DNA of 64,000 nucleotides from Clostridia bacterium. Its GTDB lineage: Bacteria; Bacillota; Clostridia; Acetivibrionales; DTU013. The notes beneath the pieces are model-generated. The model made no database searches. It was not told where the DNA came from and worked only from the letters and a program-made list of their open reading frames with translations. Of this stretch, positions 43,319 to 50,669 are shown piece by piece. The DNA is taken from NCBI GenBank assembly GCA_036260935.1, contig DATALQ010000014.1, positions 73,432 to 137,431 on the forward strand, in the 5' to 3' direction. The number at the start of each line of letters is the position of its first letter. Position 1 is the stretch's first letter. Position numbers and translations under genes: made by a program.

Positions 43319-44488
43319 ATGGGGGAAATGATTTTACAACGGGGTCATATAGATGAGATTCCCGAAATTGTCGGATATGACAGCAGCAGATTCGATACAC
43401 TGAACTCACACCTTTGGAAAATGATCGATGACAAGCGCCTCATAGGTGCAAGCTATTGTATAGCCAGAAATGACAAGGTCGTCGCAAACAACGCGTTGGG
43501 CTTCAGCAGCTATAAGAGGGAACAGGGCGGGTTCATGAAAACCGATACTGTCATGGGGGCTGCCTCAGTCACCAAGTTTGTTACAACTGTTGCTGTGTTC
43601 AAGCTTGTAGAGGACGGCTTCATCCGCCCCGACGAACAAATGTCACGTTATATTCCGCAGATGAATAAAGAACCCTTTAAGGATATTACGATCGCACAAG
43701 TACTGTCACATTCCTCAGGCCTTCCGTTTGATTCGGATGACGAAGGAAGTCCTTATACGTACATAAATAACTGCAAGAAGGGCGATGACTGGATAGAGGC
43801 CGGACTGAAGGCGGGAGTCTCATGCAAGCCCGGAGAACAGTGGATCTATTCTTCCTTCGGTTTCTCTCTGCTTGGGGCGCTGATCCAAAATGTTGCAGGA
43901 GTCAGGGCAGAGGAGTACATCACGAAGAATATACTTGAGCCTTTGGGCATGAGGGACTCCAGCTTCAAACCCGGCCCTGAACTCGGCAGGCGCCACTTAA
44001 GGCAGTTTGAAGAGTACGAGAAAGAGATCGATAATATGATCAGCGGCATATCAGATCCGGAAGCTGAAAACAGTATCTGGAGTGAAGTGCCCGATACAGC
44101 CGGAGGGCTGCACTCTACAATTGGAGATTTGTCCCGGTTTGCAAGAATGCTGTGTAACGGCGGACGGTTGGGTAATGTCAGGGTATTGGGGAAAATGGCA
44201 ATTGAAAAAATGCGCACCAAATATCTGTTTAACGTTCCCAATTACTGCTGGGGGGCAAAGGATAAGGAAAGGCTGTACGGTATGGGACCCGATCTGCGCA
44301 GGGGAGACGCCATCATTACGAGCCCCGATTTCTTTTTCCATGAAGGCTGGGGATACCTGTGCGTAGCGGTCGATCCGAGGGAAAAGCTGGCCGCCGTATG
44401 GATGGTTCCATATACCGACGGTAACGTATGGCATCCCGAAAGCCTTTTAAATGTAAAGAACATAATCTGGTCCGGTTTGATATGGTAA
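43319..44488 (+). CDS. Beta-lactamase-fold serine hydrolase
   Basis: SxxK motif ASVTKFV and the YSSFGF motif. ATG at 43319 with AAGGAGAG upstream. Confidence 0.85.
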   Translation: MGEMILQRGHIDEIPEIVGYDSSRFDTLNSHLWKMIDDKRLIGASYCIARNDKVVANNALGFSSYKREQGGFMKTDTVMGAASVTKFVTTVAVFKLVEDGFIRPDEQMSRYIPQMNKEPFKDITIAQVLSHSSGLPFDSDDEGSPYTYINNCKKGDDWIEAGLKAGVSCKPGEQWIYSSFGFSLLGALIQNVAGVRAEEYITKNILEPLGMRDSSFKPGPELGRRHLRQFEEYEKEIDNMISGISDPEAENSIWSEVPDTAGGLHSTIGDLSRFARMLCNGGRLGNVRVLGKMAIEKMRTKYLFNVPNYCWGAKDKERLYGMGPDLRRGDAIITSPDFFFHEGWGYLCVAVDPREKLAAVWMVPYTDGNVWHPESLLNVKNIIWSGLIW

Positions 44489-44494
44489 AGCTGG

Positions 44495-45658
44495 CTATTT
44501 AGCCAGCTTTGCCCTTACTATTACACAATCGTGAGCCGGCACGACCGGAGAGTATCTCTCCTTTAAAACGCCAATTTCCCTGTGTTCCCAGCAGTCGTAC
44601 ATCGACAGCGAAATCCCAGAGGCATACGGAAGTCCTGTATCCCAAAACTGAAGCGACATTTCCCTGTCGTTGTCGGCAAGGTTGAAAAATCCTATTGCCA
44701 GATCTCCATTTGTCAATGCCTTGACCAGAATAAACGACTCATCCGTATTGCACCAGTGCGGCAACGGTTTTATGCGGTATGCTCCGCGGCATTCGATATC
44801 CTGGTTGATCCCTATGATATCTTGGTTCATCAGGATATCCTTCGCTGCCTGGCCTGCATTTCTGATATCACAGCCGATCATCAGCGGAGAGCCCATAATG
44901 CTCCACAGGGAAAAATGAGTTTTGTATTCGGTATCGCTACAGCCGCCTTTATTGCTTCCGATAAAGTCGTTGTTGCTGCCGCCGTACATTCCGACGACCA
45001 GCATATCCATGTCGTTATGGCAGAAGGAACCGGTATAGCATTCCTTGTCAAGCTGGGACATCCCGAGATTCTTTATCGAAGCCCAATTATCCTGAATATC
45101 GCCCGTCGACCTGTACATATGCGCGCCTGACTCGCGGATCCACTGATATACATTGTCGGATCCCCAGTTGCAGGCTGAAAACAGGATATCTCTCCCGCAG
45201 TTTTTCAGCGCCAGACTCATCCTTTTATAGAGCAGATCTCCCGGTATTTGCATCGGTTTAAAGCAATAATCGTATTTAAGATAGTCCACGCCCCATTCTG
45301 CAAAGGATTCGGCGTCCTGGAATTCGTGCTCGAAGCTTCCCGGAAAACCGGCGCAGGTATGTGTTCCAACGCATGAATACATTCCGAATTTCAACCCTTT
45401 TGCATGAATATAATCGGATAGCGCTTTCATCCCAGCGGGGAATTTCCTGGGATCGACAACAAGCCGGCCTGTATCGTCTCTTTGTTTCAAGCTCCAGCAA
45501 TCGTCGATGACGATGTATTCATATCCTGCATCCCTGTAACCTTCCTGGACGAATTTGTCCGCTACATCGCGGATAAGCTGTTCATTAATGTCCCAGGTGA
45601 ATGTGTTCCATGAATTCCACCCCATCGGGGGCGTCATACCCAAATGTTTTTTCTCCAT
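44495..45658 (-). CDS. GH27 alpha-galactosidase (or related GH27 activity)
   Basis: MTPPMGWNSWN, the YEYIVIDDCW nucleophile region, and GVDYLKYDYC. I chose the ATG at 45658 with AGAGGAA upstream over 45718. Confidence 0.85.
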   Translation of the reverse strand: MEKKHLGMTPPMGWNSWNTFTWDINEQLIRDVADKFVQEGYRDAGYEYIVIDDCWSLKQRDDTGRLVVDPRKFPAGMKALSDYIHAKGLKFGMYSCVGTHTCAGFPGSFEHEFQDAESFAEWGVDYLKYDYCFKPMQIPGDLLYKRMSLALKNCGRDILFSACNWGSDNVYQWIRESGAHMYRSTGDIQDNWASIKNLGMSQLDKECYTGSFCHNDMDMLVVGMYGGSNNDFIGSNKGGCSDTEYKTHFSLWSIMGSPLMIGCDIRNAGQAAKDILMNQDIIGINQDIECRGAYRIKPLPHWCNTDESFILVKALTNGDLAIGFFNLADNDREMSLQFWDTGLPYASGISLSMYDCWEHREIGVLKERYSPVVPAHDCVIVRAKLAK

Positions 45659-46069
45659 ATTAATTCCTCTTTTCAAAATGGTTACTATACTATCTGCTTT
45701 ATCAATACTTTTATCCAATTACAATTGTATTATATTGTTGTTTCCTTATCAAATATTGCTTTTGCCTGACTGGAGTTCTATCAATAGACATCATTTTTTT
45801 GCTTTTTATTGCTTATTCTTGCTTGTTTATTTACTCGCTATTTCAAAAGCAAAGTATCTTTTGTATACTATTAACATACGAAAAATAATTCTTTTGTTCA
45901 TATTTACGAATAATTTTCAATTTACGGCGTACACACTTTAAATCCTGGTTGGCAGGGATATCGAAATTGGATGGCATTTAACTGCAAAACGGATTCAACA
46001 CTGAACCACAATTCGAATGCTAGTGCACGTATAATGGTGCATTTTGCATAAATTAAAAGGAGGGTAACC

Positions 46070-47530
46070 ATGAAACGTATTCTTTCTGTTTTACTCGTTG
46101 TTATGATGCTTGCCACCGTAGCATTTACAGGCTGTGGCAAGGCAACCACCACCGATCAGGCAGCCAGCACGGCGGCAGCACCTGCTGAGTCCAGCGCTCC
46201 GGCAGCTGAAGCTTCCAGTGCAGCAGCTGAGCCAGCTCAGGCTCCTGCAGTAACCGATGATCCCAGTATTAAGGTTCTTAACCTCTGGAGCTTCACCGAT
46301 GAAGTGCCGAAGATGATCGACAAGTACAAAGCAGCTCACCCCGACTTCCCGTACGAAGTCAAAACTACCATTATAGCTACCACTGACGGCGCATATCAGC
46401 CTGCACTCGACCAGGCTCTGGCAGCCGGCGGCGCAGATGCACCAGACATCTACACTGCAGAGGCAGCTTTCGTCCTCAAGTATACACAGGGCGATGCATA
46501 CAAATATGCAGCAGCTTACAAAGATCTCGGAATCGACGTAGACAATGCTCTGAAGGCAGCTGAAATAGCTCCTTATGTTTCCGATATCGGAACAAATCCC
46601 GATGGCAACCTTATAGGTCTTGCTTATCAGGCAACCGGCGGCGCATACATCTATCGCCGTTCTATAGCAAAGGCAGTTTGGGGAACCGATGATCCGGCAG
46701 TTATCAAGGATAAAGTAGGACCCGGCTGGGATAAATTCTTCGCAGCAGCAGCTGAACTGAAAGCCAAGGGTTACGGCATAGTTTCAGGCGATGGCGATAT
46801 CTGGCATTCAATCGAAAACAGCTCTGAAAAGGGTTGGATCGTTGATGGCAAGCTTTATCTCGATCCTAAGCGTGAAGAGTTCCTGGATCTGTCCAAGAAG
46901 CTCAAAGACGGCGGATTCCACAATGACACTCAGGACTGGCAGGATGCATGGTATGCTGACATGAAGGGTGCTGGCAAACAGCAGATATTCGGCTTCTTTG
47001 GTCCCGCTTGGCTCATCAACTACGTTATGGCTGGTAACTCCGGCGGAACTAAACCGGGCGAAGGCACATACGGCGACTGGGCAATCTGCGAACCTACAGT
47101 CGGTTTCTCCTGGGGCGGCACATGGATTCTTGGAAACAAGGATACCAAGCTCAAGAAGACTGTTGGCGACATAATCAACTGGATCACTCTCGATACTTCC
47201 GATACAGGTCTCTCGTATATGTGGGCAAACGGAACCTTCAGCATTCCTGAAGGCAAGACCGTTGGCACGAAGGATACTGTTGCTTCCGGTACTGTTATGA
47301 AGAAGTCCGATGGTAAGCTCGACTTCCTGGGCAATCAGAACATGTTCGACGTATTCGTTCCTGCTGGCGCATCTGCTACAGGTAAGAATAAGACCCAGTA
47401 CGACGAGTCCATCAATACCATCTGGCGTGATCAGGTTCGTCAGTACACCGCTGGTAAGAAGTCCCGCGATCAGGCTATCGCTGACTTCAAGCAGCAGGTT
47501 GCTGATAACCTCGGCATAGCTGTTGACTAA
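46070..47530 (+). CDS. ABC transporter extracellular solute-binding lipoprotein (carbohydrate type)
   Basis: Signal peptide plus lipobox AFTGC, an Ala/Pro/Ser-rich linker, then an SBP body. RBS AAAGGAGGG. Confidence 0.85.
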   Translation: MKRILSVLLVVMMLATVAFTGCGKATTTDQAASTAAAPAESSAPAAEASSAAAEPAQAPAVTDDPSIKVLNLWSFTDEVPKMIDKYKAAHPDFPYEVKTTIIATTDGAYQPALDQALAAGGADAPDIYTAEAAFVLKYTQGDAYKYAAAYKDLGIDVDNALKAAEIAPYVSDIGTNPDGNLIGLAYQATGGAYIYRRSIAKAVWGTDDPAVIKDKVGPGWDKFFAAAAELKAKGYGIVSGDGDIWHSIENSSEKGWIVDGKLYLDPKREEFLDLSKKLKDGGFHNDTQDWQDAWYADMKGAGKQQIFGFFGPAWLINYVMAGNSGGTKPGEGTYGDWAICEPTVGFSWGGTWILGNKDTKLKKTVGDIINWITLDTSDTGLSYMWANGTFSIPEGKTVGTKDTVASGTVMKKSDGKLDFLGNQNMFDVFVPAGASATGKNKTQYDESINTIWRDQVRQYTAGKKSRDQAIADFKQQVADNLGIAVD

Positions 47531-47544
47531 TCTTAATTAAAACA

Positions 47545-47580
47545 GGGGCGGGCGGATGCCTTTCCGACCGCCCCATTTTA
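47545..47580 (+). terminator. Hairpin with T-run after the SBP gene (partial terminator)
   Basis: GGGGCGG...CCGCCCC followed by ATTTTATGTTT. Confidence 0.55.
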
Positions 47581-47619
47581 TGTTTGTACCAGTCCCAACC
47601 CTTTACCGGAGGTGATCCT

Positions 47620-48606
47620 ATGCGACGCAAGAGTGTCAGCTATGCCAAATATGGCTATATATTTTCTATACCCTTCGTGCTTGCGTACCTTGTTTTTTCG
47701 TTATACCCCACGATATATACGACCATTATCGGCTTTACCGATTTAAAAGGTCTAACTAAAACAGATTGGAAATTTTTATCAGATCCGTTTCAGAATTTTG
47801 AACAAATTCTAAAGAATCCATCTTTCATTACTTCAACAAAAAATACGGCGATTATATGGATCATCAATTTCATTCCGCAAATACTGCTTGCACTCCTGCT
47901 TACCGCCTGGTTCACCAGCAGCCGCCGCCATATAAAAGGACAGGGTGCCTTCAAGGTTATTTTGTATATGCCCAATATAATTACGGCTGCTACGGTAGCC
48001 ATACTTTTCAACGCACTGTTCGGATATCCCACAGGTCCTGCTAATGATATTATTCAAAGTTTGGGCTTGTCCAAAGACCCAATTTACTTTCTGAACGAAA
48101 AGTGGACGGCCAAGCTTATAGTATCATTTATACAATGCTGGCAATGGTACGGGTATACGATGTTGATATTGATTTCGGGCGTTTTAGGTATAAACCCGGA
48201 ACTCTTTGAAGCAGCGGAGATGGATGGCGCTTCAGGTTCAAAGGCTTTCTTCAAGATAACAATTCCCAGCTTAAGGCCTATTATGCTCTATATGCTTGTT
48301 ACAAGCCTGATCGGCGGTTTGAATATGTTCGACATCCCGAAGCTGTTCGTAATGAACAGCGGTCCAGATAACGCTACGCTTACAGCAAGCGTATTCATTT
48401 ACAACCAGGCATTCAGCGGGAGTTACATGTATAACCGCGCAGCGGCAGCAAGTATGATCTTGTTTGTAGTTATAGCCATATTATCAGGGATACTTTTCTA
48501 CAGCATGCGTGATAGATCCGCAGCCAAGCTTAGAAAAGAGGAGAAAAGAAGGATAAAGGCTTATAATGAGTCCAATAAGATGGCGGCAAGGAGGGCGGAG
48601 ATATGA
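47620..48606 (+). CDS. Carbohydrate ABC transporter permease (MalF-like)
   Basis: EAA loop FEAAEMDGASGSKAFFKITIPSL. ATG at 47620 with GGAGGTG 5 nt upstream. Confidence 0.9.
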   Translation: MRRKSVSYAKYGYIFSIPFVLAYLVFSLYPTIYTTIIGFTDLKGLTKTDWKFLSDPFQNFEQILKNPSFITSTKNTAIIWIINFIPQILLALLLTAWFTSSRRHIKGQGAFKVILYMPNIITAATVAILFNALFGYPTGPANDIIQSLGLSKDPIYFLNEKWTAKLIVSFIQCWQWYGYTMLILISGVLGINPELFEAAEMDGASGSKAFFKITIPSLRPIMLYMLVTSLIGGLNMFDIPKLFVMNSGPDNATLTASVFIYNQAFSGSYMYNRAAAASMILFVVIAILSGILFYSMRDRSAAKLRKEEKRRIKAYNESNKMAARRAEI

Positions 48607-49451
48607 GAAATAAACTAAATGCATCCGGATACGCGCTGAATACAGTCATATATGCCGTCTGCATAATCCTGGCGCTATTAAGCATATTGCCGTTCTGGGT
48701 TATGATTATGAATGCAACTCGCGGAACTTTTGAGATACAGCAGCATGCCTTATCGCTTTTGCCTTCGACGCACCTGGCGGATAATATAGCCGTGCTGAAG
48801 GGCAAGAGTTTCAACGCGATGACCGGCTTTCTCAACTCTATGATAATTTCATCTGGCACCGCGGTATGTGCCGTTTATTTCTCTTCGCTTACCGCATATG
48901 GTCTGGTTGCGTACGACTGGAGACTGCGCCAGCCGTTCTTCACCTTTATAATGGCCATATTGATGATACCCGCACAGGTGGTAACTATAGGCTTCTATCA
49001 GTTTATGTACCGCATCCACATGACGAATAATTTTTTACCATTGATTCTTCCCGCCATAGCAGGGCCGGCAATGGTGTTCTTCATGAGGCAGTACCTATTG
49101 GCCACGCTGCAGCTTGATGTCGTGAACTCGGCAAGAATTGACGGTGCAGGAGAATTCTACACTTTCAACAGAATAATACTGCCGATCATGAAGCCTGCAA
49201 TAGCAACACAAGCGATATTTGCATTCGTGGGAAGCTGGAACAGCCTGTTCACGCCGATGGTACTGCTCAACGACAAGTCAAAGTACACGATGCCTATAAT
49301 GGTATCCCAGCTGCGAGGCGACATCTATAAAAAAGAGTATGGCTCTATCTATCTGGGACTAACGCTGACAGTGCTGCCTATTTTCGTAGTATACTTCCTG
49401 CTTTCGAAGTATATCATAGCAGGTGTTGCACTTGGCAGTATCAAGGAGTAA
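48603..49451 (+). CDS. Carbohydrate ABC transporter permease (MalG-like)
   Basis: EAA-like loop NSARIDGAGEFYTFNRIILP. 4-nt overlap with the upstream gene. Confidence 0.9.
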   Translation: MRNKLNASGYALNTVIYAVCIILALLSILPFWVMIMNATRGTFEIQQHALSLLPSTHLADNIAVLKGKSFNAMTGFLNSMIISSGTAVCAVYFSSLTAYGLVAYDWRLRQPFFTFIMAILMIPAQVVTIGFYQFMYRIHMTNNFLPLILPAIAGPAMVFFMRQYLLATLQLDVVNSARIDGAGEFYTFNRIILPIMKPAIATQAIFAFVGSWNSLFTPMVLLNDKSKYTMPIMVSQLRGDIYKKEYGSIYLGLTLTVLPIFVVYFLLSKYIIAGVALGSIKE

Positions 49452-49507
49452 ACCGGGCTCATCCCAGGATAAAACTCCTTGTAATAAAACAAAATAACTT
49501 GATATCT

Positions 49508-49553
49508 AAACCAGCGGGTGATCTGTCATAAGATGCCTGCTGGTTTTATTTTG
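49508..49553 (+). terminator. Hairpin with T-run after the permease genes
   Basis: AAACCAGCGG...CCTGCTGGTTT followed by TATTTTGT. Confidence 0.5.
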
Positions 49554-49694
49554 TGCCCGATGTTCCGGCAATTTTATTTAATGGATATATTTGTTACAGC
49601 TGTTATTTATGGAAATGGTGTTAGGATAGCATAGACAAAAAAAAATAAAGGTAGTAGACTACAGACAAAAGCCGAAAATTTATTGGGAGGCAAT

Positions 49695-50597
49695 ATGAAA
49701 CAAGACATGCTTAACAACGTCAAAGCAGGGGATTCAAACCAGATCACCCGGGAATACTTCGATTCTCTTTTGGTAGAAATGAGACATATCGACTCCGTAA
49801 TACCGTCCACGAAGCTGGAACTCTATGGTGAAACGTTCTCGACACCTATAATGACGGCTGCATTGTCGCATCTGGACAACTGCTGCACGAACGGAGCAGC
49901 TGAAATGGCAGCGGGAGCACTTAACGCGGGTGCGGTAATGTGGACAGGTATGGGAGACGAGTCTGAGCTCGATTCGATTGTGGCAACGGGCGCCAAAACC
50001 GTTAAAATAGTAAAGCCTCACGCTAATAACGATATTATTTTTAAAAAGCTGGAGCATGCCGAAAAATGCGGGGCTTTTGCCGTGGGAATGGATATCGATC
50101 ATGCATTCGACAGGAAAGGGCAGTACGATAATGTCCTGGGCTTTCCTATGACAGTCAAGACCTTCGATGAAATAAAAAGCTTCATTAAGGCCACAAAGCT
50201 GCCCTTTATAGTAAAAGGAGTCCTAAGCGTGCAGGATGCCTTAAAATGCGTGGACGCAGGAGCGAAGGGCATCGTTGTTTCCCACCATCACGGTATCATG
50301 GATTACGCAGTACCTCCTCTTTTGATACTGCCTGAAATCGTTAAGGCAGTAAACCATAGAATATCGATTTTCGTAGACTGTGGCATTTCGAGCGGTATTG
50401 ACGTGTTCAAGGCATTGGCCCTTGGCGCCGACGCAGTTTGTGCCGGCCGTGTGCTGATGGATCCGCTGAAAAGTGAAAAAGCCGCCGGTGTGCAGAGTAA
50501 GATCGATGAAATGACAGGCGAGCTTTCGGGTATGATGGCTCGTACCTGTTCCCGCGATATAAAACATATAGATCCGGCCGTAATATGGAAACGGTAG
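49695..50597 (+). CDS. FMN-dependent alpha-hydroxy-acid oxidase/dehydrogenase-family protein, short and with an atypical active-site motif
   Basis: TIM-barrel FMN family layout (PFIVKGV, VVSHHHG, VDCGISSG.DV.KALALGADAV). 300 aa. The canonical SNHGGRQ reads SHHHGIM. Confidence 0.7.
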   Translation: MKQDMLNNVKAGDSNQITREYFDSLLVEMRHIDSVIPSTKLELYGETFSTPIMTAALSHLDNCCTNGAAEMAAGALNAGAVMWTGMGDESELDSIVATGAKTVKIVKPHANNDIIFKKLEHAEKCGAFAVGMDIDHAFDRKGQYDNVLGFPMTVKTFDEIKSFIKATKLPFIVKGVLSVQDALKCVDAGAKGIVVSHHHGIMDYAVPPLLILPEIVKAVNHRISIFVDCGISSGIDVFKALALGADAVCAGRVLMDPLKSEKAAGVQSKIDEMTGELSGMMARTCSRDIKHIDPAVIWKR

Positions 50598-50669
50598 TCG
50601 CAGACAGAAATTGCCGTGCCGGGTAAGGGGCAATTTTCAAGTATGATTTTACAGAAAGGAACGTATTTT

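Noticed and set aside
45719-46069. A long (about 350-410 bp) AT-rich intergenic region, inspected for small RNAs or riboswitches.
   Set aside because: I found no stable conserved-looking structure, no terminator and no recognisable riboswitch motif. It is most likely a divergent promoter region. The ORF at 45555-45941 is a low-complexity artefact.
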